DNA from: Deltaproteobacteria bacterium | GTDB lineage: Bacteria; Myxococcota_A; UBA9160; SMWR01 | DNA: 46,375 bases | Reading direction: 5' to 3' | NCBI GenBank assembly: GCA_024638705.1 | Contig: JAHEJV010000004.1 | Location: 1 to 46,375 of the forward strand | In this document: positions 1-9,954 of the stretch, one piece after another | How positions within the stretch are numbered: position 1 is the first letter of the stretch | Layout: each line of letters opens with the position of its first letter | Program-made: the position numbers and the translations under genes | The notes under the pieces: generated by a model | Seen by the model: the letters and a program-made list of their open reading frames with translations, nothing else | What the model was told of the DNA's origin: nothing | Database searches by the model: none

Positions 1-574
1 GCGGGTCCGAGTGGGGGAAGGCGAGGCTCAGCACGTCGGCTTCGGGGAGCGCCTGCGCCGTCAGCACTGCGCTGACGCGCTCGACTCCCTCGGCGTAGAT
101 CAGCGCCTCGTCGTCGGTCGCCGCGATCTCGCCGTCGGGCCCACGAAGATCTTCCAGCGCCTCTCCCAGGTCGGGATAGACGCCCGCGATGCCCACCTGG
201 CGGAGCGCCTGCGCGAGCACCGGTCGGCTGCGCGCGATCGCCAGCTCCGAGTTGATCACCGACTCCTTATCGCGTTGGACGAATGCCTGCTCGGAGCCGA
301 CTTCGGCCTGGTAGACGAGCTCGCGACCGAACTTGACCAGGAGCAGAGAGGAGGATTCATACAGCGGCGTCTGCATGAGGATTGCAGCGAGCAGCACGAA
401 GCCAGTGGCTCCCGCAGCGGCGAGGAAGCCGCGGCGCCGCCGCTCGATCAGCTCCCGGGCCTGCTCGTAGATCTCGCGCAGCTGTTCGATGCCCGGGCGC
501 GTCTCGGGAGTCTCCGGAGACTCGGGAGACTCGACGGGTCGGATGGGTCGCTGCTCTTTCTTGGACACTGCCAT
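1..574 (-). CDS. Polysaccharide co-polymerase / chain-length determinant (Wzz/Wzc/GumC family), 3' end runs off the window
   Basis: Not in the ORF track. Manual translation from ATG at 574 (RBS GAGGAGG just upstream): MAVSKKEQRP...RRRRGFLAAAGATGFVLLAAILMQTPLYESSSLLLVKFGRE...VINSELAIARSRPVL...VLSLAFPHSDP. TM followed by PxYxS and 'SELAI.RSR' is the typical Wzz/GumC N-terminus. Frame is open to the window edge. Confidence 0.85.
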   Translation of the reverse strand, partial: MAVSKKEQRPIRPVESPESPETPETRPGIEQLREIYEQARELIERRRRGFLAAAGATGFVLLAAILMQTPLYESSSLLLVKFGRELVYQAEVGSEQAFVQRDKESVINSELAIARSRPVLAQALRQVGIAGVYPDLGEALEDLRGPDGEIAATDDEALIYAEGVERVSAVLTAQALPEADVLSLAFPHSDP

Positions 575-637
575 GGGAACCTCCTCAGGACCGGGACGGG
601 CGACTCGGCAGTCGCGAATGCGTGGGATGCGTCGGAT

Positions 638-1432
638 TCACGACACGACCTCTCGAAGTCTCTTCTCGAGGGTGGCCGGGTCGAACGGAAGGACAGGACG
701 GAGCGCGCGTGTCCAGGCGGGAACCCCCGGGTCGCGACGCGCATGGTAGAGGCTCGTTTTGCGCACGTCGGGCAGCGGTCGTCCCACGAAGTCCGCCAGG
801 CGCTCGAGCGATTCGTCGCTCTCCATCAGTCGTTCATAGGAGAGCGCGAGGAAAGGCCGGTCGCAGGACTCGAGATGTCGCAGGAGCATCCAGTTGTAGG
901 TGGTCCAGGCGTGCGTCACGCGCACCGCGCGCAGCGGGTGCCGCGGCCCCGAGCGCGTGCGCTCGAGGATCTGTCCCAACCCCCGCGTGACGGCGATGAT
1001 GCGATGCTCGGGGAGCACGCGTCGCCACGCGGCGTACGTGAGGCAAGAGCGGGGATCCTTGAAACCCCAGTCTCCGCCCGACGCGTCGCACGACGCCACG
1101 ACGCGAGCGAGCGGCTCGGCGACGGCGGCGCGCGCCAGGCGCCGATCGAGGGCTCGGATTCGGACGTACGCCTGCGAGTCGCGGTTCTGGACGTGGCCGG
1201 CAGCGTCGACGCGCGGCTGGTGGGGGCGTCGCAGCAGGTAGCCGAGGGGCGGGAGCTGGAGTCGATGGAGCAGCGCGCGGTTCGCCTCCTGCGTCGCCCG
1301 GCGCTCGAAGACCTGGCCCTCGGCATAGCCCAGGCGCTCGTCGAACTCGCCCATCGAAATGCCGGCCTCGTGGAGTAGGCGGGCGATCAGCGTGGTCCCG
1401 GATTTGTGCATGCCGAGCACGACGTAGATCAC
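638..1432 (-). CDS. Sulfotransferase family protein
   Basis: N-terminal PAPS-binding loop VLGMHKSGTT, WGFKDPR motif and LSYERL. Start overlaps the upstream stop (GTGA). Confidence 0.85.
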   Translation of the reverse strand: MIYVVLGMHKSGTTLIARLLHEAGISMGEFDERLGYAEGQVFERRATQEANRALLHRLQLPPLGYLLRRPHQPRVDAAGHVQNRDSQAYVRIRALDRRLARAAVAEPLARVVASCDASGGDWGFKDPRSCLTYAAWRRVLPEHRIIAVTRGLGQILERTRSGPRHPLRAVRVTHAWTTYNWMLLRHLESCDRPFLALSYERLMESDESLERLADFVGRPLPDVRKTSLYHARRDPGVPAWTRALRPVLPFDPATLEKRLREVVS

Positions 1433-2601
1433 GCGCCACTCCTTCCGGCCGGCGACGCCGTCGTCTCGTGCGCTCGCCGGGAGCGCCCCGCGGCCAGCTC
1501 GTCGTAGAGGGATGCGAGCTGCTCGACCACGCCGTCGAGCGCATAACGTGCCGCGACGACCTGGCGGCCGCGCGCGCCCAGGCGTGCGCGTTCGGGATCC
1601 GCGAGCAGCGCATCGAGAGTGCTCGCGAGCGCGGCGTCGTCCCCCATCGGGGCGAGCCGGCCGGTCTCACCGTCGCGCACGACCTCTTCGTTCGCCCCGA
1701 CCCGGGTCGCGACCACCGGGAGACCGCAAGCCATCGCCTCGAGCAGCGCGTTCGAGAGCCCTTCGGTCCGGGAGGGCAGGACGAAGAGATCGGCGGCGCG
1801 CAGCACCGGCACGACGTCGGTGCGTTCGCCGAGGAACGCGACGCCTTCGCCCGCGGCGCGGCGGAGCGCCTGCTCATCCGGGCCGCCGCCCACGACGAGC
1901 AGGCGCGCCTCGGGGTGGTGGCGGCGCACGCTGCGCCAGGCCGCGAGGAGTCCATCGACGTTCTTCTCCGGCACGAGGCGTCCGCAGTAGACGGCAGTCG
2001 GTGCGTCACCGAGTCCGAGCGATTCGCGCTGCGCTCGGCGCGCCTCCGCGTCGCCGGGCGAGAAGCGCGCGAGGTCGACCCCGTTGGGGATCGCGACGCG
2101 CCGCTCGGGCGGGACGCCCGCCGCTGCGAGCGAGAGGTCGATCTCGCGGGAGATGGCGATGAAGCGGTCCACCTGGCGGACGAGTCTCGCGAGGCGCGGC
2201 TTCGCGAAGGGCTTGCGCTCGATGCGCGGGATCTCGCCGCCCTCGCCACCGCGCAGCACCTTCACGACGACGGGGGTTCCGGTCACCGCGCGCGTCAGGA
2301 GCGCAGCGGTGGACGGAGAAAAGAGGCTGTAGGCGTGGATCACGTCGGGACGCAAAGCGAGGAGCCGGGCGACACAGGAGGCGGTGAACGCGAGCGACGT
2401 GCGCACTCCGGTTCCCGGTGCCGCGAGACGCCACACCGGAACGCCGTCGATCTCCTCGCGAGCGGGGAGATCGCCTACGCGTCGGGTGAGCACGTGAACG
2501 TCCACGCCGCGAGCGCGCAGACGCGGCGCCACCTGCGCGAGTTGCTGCTGCGCGCCGCCGGTGATCGGCGCGTACTCGAGGATCACCATCGCGATTCGCA
2601 C
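1429..2601 (-). CDS. Glycosyltransferase family 4 (GT-B)
   Basis: GGAQ, IPNGVD, GRLVPEKN, EGLSNALLEAMACGLPVV. Start moved to GTG 2601 (RBS GAGGAGG upstream). Confidence 0.9.
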   Translation of the reverse strand: MRIAMVILEYAPITGGAQQQLAQVAPRLRARGVDVHVLTRRVGDLPAREEIDGVPVWRLAAPGTGVRTSLAFTASCVARLLALRPDVIHAYSLFSPSTAALLTRAVTGTPVVVKVLRGGEGGEIPRIERKPFAKPRLARLVRQVDRFIAISREIDLSLAAAGVPPERRVAIPNGVDLARFSPGDAEARRAQRESLGLGDAPTAVYCGRLVPEKNVDGLLAAWRSVRRHHPEARLLVVGGGPDEQALRRAAGEGVAFLGERTDVVPVLRAADLFVLPSRTEGLSNALLEAMACGLPVVATRVGANEEVVRDGETGRLAPMGDDAALASTLDALLADPERARLGARGRQVVAARYALDGVVEQLASLYDELAAGRSRRAHETTASPAGRSGA

Positions 2602-3749
2602 GAGTCCTCCTCGGTGGCTGCGCGAGCGGATGGCTGCGCGGCGCGATCGCGGTGACACAATCTCCGGTAGAGCGCGAGGAGACGCGCGGACCACGCGTCC
2701 GCGCCGAAGTGCTCGCGGACGCGCCGCCGTGCCGCCTTGCCGTGGCGCGCGCGCAGGGCGGGATCCCCGAGGACGCGATCCAGTGCCAGGGCGAGTTCCT
2801 CAGGACGGCCCGCTGGCACCAACGTCCCCGCGTCGGCGTCGAGGACGCGGGGCACGTCGCCCACCGACGTGGCGACGACGGGGAGTCCGGCGGCCATGGC
2901 CTCGAGGGTCGCGACGGGCAGGCCCTCCCATGCCGAGGCGCTCACGTAGAGGTCGCTCGCGCCGAGCAGCCGGGGGACGTCGCGGCGCAGTCCGAGGAGC
3001 GTGACGCGCTCGCCGAGCCCAAGGCGTGCGACCTCGGCCTCGATGGCTTCGCGCTCGCCTCCGCGTCCGACGATGCAGAGGCGCGCGCGACGGTTCCGAC
3101 AGACGCGTTCGAATGCGGCGAGCAGATCGCCGTAGGCTTTCTGGGGATGCAGCCTCCCGACGGCCATCGCCAGCACCTCGTCGGGTTCGACGCCGAGCTC
3201 CTTCCGCGCCGCGTCGCGCTCCGTCGCCGCGAGCGCGGGAATCTCCGCCACTGCGTTCGGAATGACCTCGACCGGCGTCGCGCCGAGGCGCGGTCGGTTC
3301 GCGGCCGCGGTCTCCCAGCCGACCGCCACCACCCGGTCGACGACCGACCGGAGCACCAGAGTCTCCAGCGCTCGCAGGACGCGCGGCAGTCGGATGCTGG
3401 GTCGGGTGTTGTGCAGCGTCGTCACTACAGGAATTCCGGCGGCGCGACCCACGAGCGCTCCGAGAATCGTGGAGCGCACCAGATGCGTGTGGATCACGTC
3501 GAAATCGCCGCTGCGGACGAAACGGGCCAGGCGGACGGCCCGCGTCGGCGAAGCGAAGCGCCGCGACGGCAGGCTCACGACGGTCGCGCCGAGCGCGCGG
3601 AGCTCGGCCTCGGCGCGGGCCTCGTTCTCGTGGAGCGTCAGCACCACCAGCTCGACGCCCGAGCCTCGAACGGCCGCCGCAAGCGAGCACTGGAGCTGCT
3701 CGGCTCCACCGCCCAGCCGCATCTCGTCGATCATCTGGAGTACGCGCAC
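2583..3749 (-). CDS. Glycosyltransferase family 4 (GT-B)
   Basis: GGGAE, IPNAV, GRLHPQK, EGLPVATLEAMAAGLPVV. Confidence 0.9.
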   Translation of the reverse strand: MRVLQMIDEMRLGGGAEQLQCSLAAAVRGSGVELVVLTLHENEARAEAELRALGATVVSLPSRRFASPTRAVRLARFVRSGDFDVIHTHLVRSTILGALVGRAAGIPVVTTLHNTRPSIRLPRVLRALETLVLRSVVDRVVAVGWETAAANRPRLGATPVEVIPNAVAEIPALAATERDAARKELGVEPDEVLAMAVGRLHPQKAYGDLLAAFERVCRNRRARLCIVGRGGEREAIEAEVARLGLGERVTLLGLRRDVPRLLGASDLYVSASAWEGLPVATLEAMAAGLPVVATSVGDVPRVLDADAGTLVPAGRPEELALALDRVLGDPALRARHGKAARRRVREHFGADAWSARLLALYRRLCHRDRAAQPSARAATEEDSCESRW

Positions 3750-4603
3750 GACGCTCCTTCCCGGTGTGCCTGCTCGAGGCGCGCGAGCATCTCCTCGCAG
3801 AGCTTGCGCACCTCGTGAGAGAGGTCGACGTTCCGGCCACGCCCCACGGAGGAATCGGACACGCGGGCGAGGATCCGGTTGCCCGGGTAGTCGCGGTTTG
3901 CGAAGCGATAGACGCCGCGCATCACGGCTTCGGGCGTGGCGACGAGCTCTTCATAGCGACAGGTGCGGAGGTCGTTGCGATCCCCGAGCCCCTGGTCGAA
4001 GTAGAGCGCATTGCGCGCCCACCAGAAGATCGCCGCGGCGTCGTAGGGGCTCATCGTTTCGCTGAAGAATCGCGAGGCGACGTGTGCCACCTCTTCCGAA
4101 ACCGCCTCGGAGCGCCAATCATTCTCACGGCGCTGAGCGATGCTGCGAAGGTTGCGGATCCCGTTGTCCCTGCCGAAGCGTGCGAGGTTCGACCGCGTGA
4201 CATCGGCGTAGTGGCGGAACATCCACAGCCCGCGGGCGGCCGGGAGGGCATCGAGCAGGGTGCCGGCGTGCTGACTCTCCACGAGCGGCTTCAGGACGAC
4301 GAGCGGGTGGCGGCTCCGTGCGATGCGTCGGGCCACGGTCTCGTAGTTCCCGAGCCGGAGATGGCTACGGCGATCGGAGGCCGATAGCGAGCTGTGCTCG
4401 GGATAGACCTTCGCGTCGGGGTCTTCGTCGAGGATCTCCGTCATCAAGGTCGTCCCCGACCGTTGGCAACCCAGCACGACGAGCACGGAATCGGGCCCGG
4501 GCAGGTCGCCAGCGAGCCAACGGCGCAGCTCGTGCTCGGCGTGGGCGACGTCGGTCCGGAGACGTCGGGCCACCATGCGGGTCCGTTCGAGCATCCCACC
4601 CAT
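3731..4603 (-). CDS. Sulfotransferase family protein
   Basis: VLGCQRSGTT (5'-PSB loop), MFRHYADVTRS (3'-PB-like R...S), CRYEELV. Start moved to ATG 4603, next to the upstream stop. Confidence 0.85.
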   Translation of the reverse strand: MGGMLERTRMVARRLRTDVAHAEHELRRWLAGDLPGPDSVLVVLGCQRSGTTLMTEILDEDPDAKVYPEHSSLSASDRRSHLRLGNYETVARRIARSRHPLVVLKPLVESQHAGTLLDALPAARGLWMFRHYADVTRSNLARFGRDNGIRNLRSIAQRRENDWRSEAVSEEVAHVASRFFSETMSPYDAAAIFWWARNALYFDQGLGDRNDLRTCRYEELVATPEAVMRGVYRFANRDYPGNRILARVSDSSVGRGRNVDLSHEVRKLCEEMLARLEQAHREGASCAYSR

Positions 4604-4604
4604 G

Positions 4605-5981
4605 TCAGGCTTCACTCCGGGCGAGGGCGGGCGTCTGGATCGCAGCCGGCGCGCGCTGCTCCACCGTGCCCCGGGCGGCGAACGCGATCCCCAGAAGCAG
4701 CCAGAAGTAGCGCGGATAGGTGAGATGCAGGAAGACCGATCCGGCGAGGTATCCGAAGAGGGCGATCGCGAACGCGGTCGCGGCCTGGGCCTCGGTCTCG
4801 CGCCCGGATGCGAGCAGGACGCTCCGCATGCGCAGCACACTGGTGAACGCGAAGAAGAGCAGGGAGCCGAAGGCCGCGATGCCGATCAGGCCCGTCTCGG
4901 CGGCGACCTCGAGGTAGAGACTGTGTGCCTGTCGCTCCTCGCGCCGGCCGTCGAGTGCGAGCTCGCGCGCATAGCGGTGGTAGTAGGTCTCGAAGTTTCC
5001 GTAGCCCACTCCCATCAGGGGATGGTCGGCGAACATCATGGCCGCAGAGGTCATCTCGCTGATGCGTCCCCGGAGCGCGGAGTCGGAAGGCGTCCCCCCT
5101 TGCATGGCCGACGTGAGTTCGCCGAGCGCCGCAACCCGCTGCCCGAACTGGGTGGGCGCGAGTGCGACGCCCCCGGCTACGAGGGCGACGGCGGCTGCGA
5201 CCGCGAAGCTGCGTCGCCGTTCGCGCGGGACCCAGACCGTCATCGGCAGTGCCGTCAGGGCGAGTGCGACCAATCCGCCGCGCGAGTAGGTGAAGCCGAT
5301 CGCGATCACCGAGAGTCCGGCCGCAACGCCCCCGACGACCCGCTCCAGCCGGTCGCGTCGGTGGAGCAGCCGGTGCACGCCGAGCGGCACGACGACGACC
5401 AGGATCAGCGCGAAGTAGTTCGCCGAGACCGGGCCTTCGCTGCGGGCGCCGGCGCTGTCGTCGTAGATGTTGCGCAGCTCGGTGCGGGCGAAGCCCGCGA
5501 AGGTGTCGTCGAAGCTCCCGGTGAGCTGTTGGTAGACCGTGAGCCCGGAAAGCACCAGACCCGCCAGCACGATCGCCGAGAGGGTCCTGTCGAAGTCCAC
5601 CGTGTCCCGGAGCGAGAGGACGAGCACGATCAGGATGAAGAAGCCGTCGAGCTGATTCTTCAAAGCCTCGTGGGTGCGCTCGACGTCGGGCGTAAAGAGC
5701 ATCGACCCGATACAGACCCCACCGTAGATCGACGCGAGCACCAGCGTGTGCCGCCATTCCCGGCCGACCTGCGCGCCCGTGACGAGCCAGCGGGCGATCG
5801 GCAGCATCACGAGTGCCGGGGCCGCGAGCATGAAGAGAGGCGGCACGCCGAATTCGGCGCGCAGCGCGTCGGACCAGCGAATGAAGATCAGGAAGGTGAA
5901 GAAGGGCGCCGCCCATTCGGGCCAGCGCGCCACCGCCGCCAATCCCGCGAGACCCACCGCGAACAGCAGCATGCCTTCCAT
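4605..5981 (-). CDS. Wzy polymerase / O-antigen ligase-like membrane protein
   Basis: Many TM segments, TYSRGG, HPLMGVGYGNF and AHSLYLEVAAETGLIG (Wzy_C signature). ATG 5981 overlaps the upstream TAA. Confidence 0.85.
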   Translation of the reverse strand: MEGMLLFAVGLAGLAAVARWPEWAAPFFTFLIFIRWSDALRAEFGVPPLFMLAAPALVMLPIARWLVTGAQVGREWRHTLVLASIYGGVCIGSMLFTPDVERTHEALKNQLDGFFILIVLVLSLRDTVDFDRTLSAIVLAGLVLSGLTVYQQLTGSFDDTFAGFARTELRNIYDDSAGARSEGPVSANYFALILVVVVPLGVHRLLHRRDRLERVVGGVAAGLSVIAIGFTYSRGGLVALALTALPMTVWVPRERRRSFAVAAAVALVAGGVALAPTQFGQRVAALGELTSAMQGGTPSDSALRGRISEMTSAAMMFADHPLMGVGYGNFETYYHRYARELALDGRREERQAHSLYLEVAAETGLIGIAAFGSLLFFAFTSVLRMRSVLLASGRETEAQAATAFAIALFGYLAGSVFLHLTYPRYFWLLLGIAFAARGTVEQRAPAAIQTPALARSEA

Positions 5982-7171
5982 TACGCCCCCCGCCGCGCGG
6001 ACGCCGCACCTTCGAGGGCCTCGTCGGGATTGCGCCGGGGCTCCCAGATCCGGGCCTGGCGTCCGCGGAAGAAGTGCACGAGGGCATGCAGGGCGGCCGC
6101 GTTTGCCACGTCGAAGAAGGCGGGCAGCGCGAAGAAACGCAGCCGCGCAAACGGAAGGCCGCGCCCGAGCCATCCCGCGAGCGCCAATCCGTGGAACGCG
6201 AGCTGGGCGAGCGTGGCGACGCGATAGACGGGATGCACGTTCCAGGCGAGCGCGGCACCGACGAACGCCCCGACGAGCGCGATGCCCACCAGGCGGCGCA
6301 GCACCTTGTGGGAGAACAACTGGAGGGCGTAGAAGCCCGTCCGACGCGGGTCGAGGAGCCGCCGTCGCTGCCACACGCTGGCGAAGCCGCGGCCGATCAC
6401 GCGCACTTTGCGACCGTATTCGTCGCCGAGTCCGTCGGCGGCGGCGCCCCGCCCGACGGCGGTCGGTTCGAACCAGAGCCGCTTTCCCGCCTCGATGACC
6501 CCGGTCGAGACGAAGAAGTCGTCGGTCACGCCATCGGGAACGGGAGTGAAGAGTTCGCGGCGAAGCGCGTAGAGCTGACCCGTGGCGGACGTGACGTTGC
6601 CGCTTCGGCTCTCGAGCTGCTTCCAGAGTCGGTCAAAAGACCAGTAGGCGCGCTCGCCGCCGACTTCGCCCTCGTCGGAATACCTGAAGTCGCCGGCCAC
6701 GCCGCCCACGGAAGCGTCTGCGAACGGAGCGACCAACCGTTCGAGCGCGTTTGCGTCCAGGGCCGTGTCGGCATCGCTGAACACGAGCACGTCGCCCGTC
6801 GCGGCGGCGACTCCCGCGTTGAGGGCGGCGTTCTTTCCCACCCGCGAAAGCTCGACGAGCGTGAGAGGAGTGGCGCCCGCGTGCGAGGCGACCCGCTCGC
6901 AGGTGCCGTCGTCGCAGCCGTCGGCGACGACGATCACCTCGAGTCGATCGCGCGGGTAGGAGAGGGCGTCGAGGTTGGCGAGCTTCCGGTCGATCACGGC
7001 GGACTCGTTGTGCACGGCGATCACCAGGCTCACGCTAGGCAATGCGCCGTCGGTGCGGGGCCGCGGCGCCGGCCGCAGGGCTCGCAGCGCCAGCAGTGCC
7101 GGAAAGCCCAGATAGGCCCATGCGACGAGCGCGACGGAACCCAAGAACAGGACGAGGCCCAGCGCGGTCAT
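5981..7171 (-). CDS. Membrane-bound glycosyltransferase family 2
   Basis: N-terminal TM, IAVHNE, DGCDD, GKNAALN, FSDAD (DxD), DDFF, C-terminal TMs. ATG 7171 in an ATGA overlap. Confidence 0.9.
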   Translation of the reverse strand: MTALGLVLFLGSVALVAWAYLGFPALLALRALRPAPRPRTDGALPSVSLVIAVHNESAVIDRKLANLDALSYPRDRLEVIVVADGCDDGTCERVASHAGATPLTLVELSRVGKNAALNAGVAAATGDVLVFSDADTALDANALERLVAPFADASVGGVAGDFRYSDEGEVGGERAYWSFDRLWKQLESRSGNVTSATGQLYALRRELFTPVPDGVTDDFFVSTGVIEAGKRLWFEPTAVGRGAAADGLGDEYGRKVRVIGRGFASVWQRRRLLDPRRTGFYALQLFSHKVLRRLVGIALVGAFVGAALAWNVHPVYRVATLAQLAFHGLALAGWLGRGLPFARLRFFALPAFFDVANAAALHALVHFFRGRQARIWEPRRNPDEALEGAASARRGA

Positions 7172-8430
7172 CCCGTCCCCGCTTTCGCGATGTCCTCGGG
7201 TGAGGGGTCGTCCGGCGCGGACGCGAAGAGCAGGGCGAGGCGTCCCGCATTGACGTCGACATCGAAGGCTTCCCGCACGCGTCGCCGACCCGCCGCGGCG
7301 AGTCTTCGCGCGCGGGCGGGGTCGTCTCGCAATTGCTCGAGGGCGTCGGCGAGGGCCTCCGGGTCGTCGGGCTCCACGAGCAGTCCGCTGCGCCCGTCTT
7401 CGACCAGCTCGGGGACGCCCGCCACCGTCGTCGATACTACGGGCCGCTCGAGCGCCATCGCGTCCATCAGCGCGACGGGAATTCCATCGGCGCGGCCGCT
7501 CGGCTCCACGCGACACGGGAGCGCGACGACATGCGCCTTGCCGATCACCTTTTCCACTTCGTTCCGGGGCTGCGCGCCCAGCATCTCCACGCGCCCGCGA
7601 AGACGCGGGTCGTCGCAGGTGCGCTCGAGAGCGGCCCGTTCGCGTCCCTCCCCGACGAGGACACAGCGGAACGCCACGCCGCGCTCGGCGAGAAGCGCGC
7701 ACGCGTCGAGTAGCACGCGGTGTCCCTTTTTCGGCTCGAGCCTTGCGATGCAGGCGATCGTGAAGATCTCGTCATCCCCCGGCGGCGGCAGCGGACGGAA
7801 CCGGTCGACCTCGACGCCGCAGCGGACCACGCGCACGCGGGCCGTGTCGGGGTCGCGGAGCTGGCTTTCGAGGAAGCGCGCGCCGAACGCCGAGATCGCG
7901 ACGACGAAGCGTGCGGCGCCCACCTTCTCCTCGAGCATCGGGCGTCGGACGTAGAGGTCGTCGGCGTGGGTGGTGAAGCTGTAGGAGAGCCCGGAGAGGC
8001 GGTGGATCACCCAGGCGGCGAGGGCGGAGTGGGTGGCCCAATGGGCGTGCAGGTGATCGATGCGCCGACGCTCGAGCTCGCGGGCGAGCGTCGCGGCCTG
8101 CGTCAACGCGAGGACGGCTGCCGCGAGGACGCGCGGAGACGAAGCGTGACTTGCGATCGTGCGCGCCCAGACCGCCGCCAGGCGCAGGGGCGACCGGAGC
8201 AGCCAGTGCCATTGCGCTCGGAAGACCGCCGGACTGAGCGCCCCGAAGCAGATCCTGCGTCGAATCAGGTGCTGCGCTTCGCGCGGGGCGTCGGACGCCG
8301 ACCCGGGGCGCAGGGAGCACACCACCGCGCGGGTGCCGCGCCGCTCGAGCGCGAGGATCTCGTCGGTCACGAACGTCTCGCTGAGCTTCGGGAAGCGGTT
8401 GAGGAGATAGGCGACACGCGGCGTCGTCAC
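7168..8430 (-). CDS. Glycosyltransferase family 4, WcaL-like
   Basis: AYLLNRFPKLSETF, HLHAHWA, YSFTTHADD, DGIPVALMDAMA. GTG 8430 in a GTGA overlap. Confidence 0.88.
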   Translation of the reverse strand: MTTPRVAYLLNRFPKLSETFVTDEILALERRGTRAVVCSLRPGSASDAPREAQHLIRRRICFGALSPAVFRAQWHWLLRSPLRLAAVWARTIASHASSPRVLAAAVLALTQAATLARELERRRIDHLHAHWATHSALAAWVIHRLSGLSYSFTTHADDLYVRRPMLEEKVGAARFVVAISAFGARFLESQLRDPDTARVRVVRCGVEVDRFRPLPPPGDDEIFTIACIARLEPKKGHRVLLDACALLAERGVAFRCVLVGEGRERAALERTCDDPRLRGRVEMLGAQPRNEVEKVIGKAHVVALPCRVEPSGRADGIPVALMDAMALERPVVSTTVAGVPELVEDGRSGLLVEPDDPEALADALEQLRDDPARARRLAAAGRRRVREAFDVDVNAGRLALLFASAPDDPSPEDIAKAGTG

Positions 8431-9953
8431 GGTGTGGCCTCCGCCGTTGCGCTGCGGCGGCGGAGTGCGCCGGCGAGCACACGCACCGCTGAGGCGCAGA
8501 ACTCGCGAGCGACCAGGCCCAGCGTGACGACGTAGACTGCGGCGCCGACGGTCGCGCCCAACGCGATCTGGCCCCACGCGGGTTGCTCCCTCATCGCGGG
8601 AAGCAGGACGATCAGCGCGAGGGCCATCGAGCCGGTCGCGATTGCGGGGGGTGCGAGTCCGGCGAGGCCGCGACGCAAGGGCAGCTCGAACACGCGTTGC
8701 GCGACGAGGAGGTTCGCGACGAGGGCGACGCCCGCGACGCCTGCCTGCGCCCAGCCGACGGCAGCCGGCGTGCCGACGACCGCCGCGCCGTACCACAGCG
8801 CGGGAAGCACCAGGGACGCACGCAGCAGCGAGAGCCGGGTCAGGACGTCCGGCCTTCCGAGCGCCTTGTAGAGGTCGCCCACGTTGAACGAGAGTGAAGC
8901 CAGCAGCGCGTAGAGGCAGATCGGCGGAATCACGGTCGCGACGTCGATCCATTTCTCCGAGAAGAAGCCCACCACGACCGGCTCGGCGAGGAGCGCGAGG
9001 CCCGCGGCCATCGGTGCAGTCAGCGCGAACACGTAGCTCGCGCTGGAGACGAAGGTGGCGTGCACGGCGTCCCGGTCGGACTGGAGCCGCGCGTAAACGG
9101 GGAGCAGCACCTGGCCGAGCATCGTCGCCAGGTTGCGGATCAGGAGGTCGGGGATCCGGAACGCCAGGGTGTACACGCCGAGCGTCGCGGCGCCGAGCAG
9201 CCGCCCCACGAGCACGGAGTCGGCGTTGCGGATCAGCGCGCCGAGGAGGTCGATCGCCACGACGTGACCGCCGAAGGGAAGCAATCGGCGCGCGGCGGCG
9301 CGATCGAAGTGGAAACGCGGGTGCCAGTCCAACACCCACCAGTAGACGGGCACCGCCAGCGCCGCTGCGCCGACCGTTCCGAGGATCAGGCTCCAGTAGC
9401 CGAAGCCAGCGAGCGCGAGGACGATCGCGATCAAGCCCTTCCCGGTCGCGTGCACCAGTTCGGGCACGAAGCGCCGCCGGAAATCGAGGCGACGTGCGAG
9501 CAGCGTCGCGTGGACGTTGCGCAAAGACTCGATCGGAAAAAGCAGCCCGAGCGCGCGCGTCACGTCGACGGCGCGCGGATCTGCGAAGGCCCAACCCGCC
9601 AGGGGCGCTGCGACCCACACGAGCGCGAAACCGGTCGCTCCGGCCAGCAGTCCGAGCCAGAAGCCCGTGTCGAGCATCTCCGGGTCGTCGCGGTGGTGGA
9701 TCAGCGCAGGGGCGAGCCCCAGGCCCGGGATGGCCGAGAACATCGCGATCACCGCGATGGCGTAGGCCGCGACGCCGAAATCCTCTCGCTCGAGGAGACG
9801 GGCCAGGACGACCGTGCTGGCGAAGAACAACAGACGTCCGGCGAGGCGCGATGCCGCCACCCAGGCGGTGCCTCGGACGGCCGAGCGGGCGAGCTGCTCG
9901 CGATCGCGCATGCGTCGGCGCTCGTCTTCGTCGTTCGCGTCGAGCGACGGCAC
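8427..9953 (-). CDS. wzx: Wzx polysaccharide flippase (WzxC-like)
   Basis: VLARLL..EDFG, LAGFGYWSL, LGVYTLAFR and multiple TM helices, within an EPS operon. Confidence 0.9.
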   Translation of the reverse strand: MPSLDANDEDERRRMRDREQLARSAVRGTAWVAASRLAGRLLFFASTVVLARLLEREDFGVAAYAIAVIAMFSAIPGLGLAPALIHHRDDPEMLDTGFWLGLLAGATGFALVWVAAPLAGWAFADPRAVDVTRALGLLFPIESLRNVHATLLARRLDFRRRFVPELVHATGKGLIAIVLALAGFGYWSLILGTVGAAALAVPVYWWVLDWHPRFHFDRAAARRLLPFGGHVVAIDLLGALIRNADSVLVGRLLGAATLGVYTLAFRIPDLLIRNLATMLGQVLLPVYARLQSDRDAVHATFVSSASYVFALTAPMAAGLALLAEPVVVGFFSEKWIDVATVIPPICLYALLASLSFNVGDLYKALGRPDVLTRLSLLRASLVLPALWYGAAVVGTPAAVGWAQAGVAGVALVANLLVAQRVFELPLRRGLAGLAPPAIATGSMALALIVLLPAMREQPAWGQIALGATVGAAVYVVTLGLVAREFCASAVRVLAGALRRRSATAEATP

Positions 9954-9954
9954 G

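Noticed and set aside
500-535. Short 9-nt tandem repeats and a palindrome near the window start
   Set aside because: They encode the low-complexity ESPESPETPET stretch of the co-polymerase N-terminus.
11-1378. 455-aa plus-strand ORF at the window start
   Set aside because: Antisense to the co-polymerase and sulfotransferase genes, which have an RBS or family motifs.
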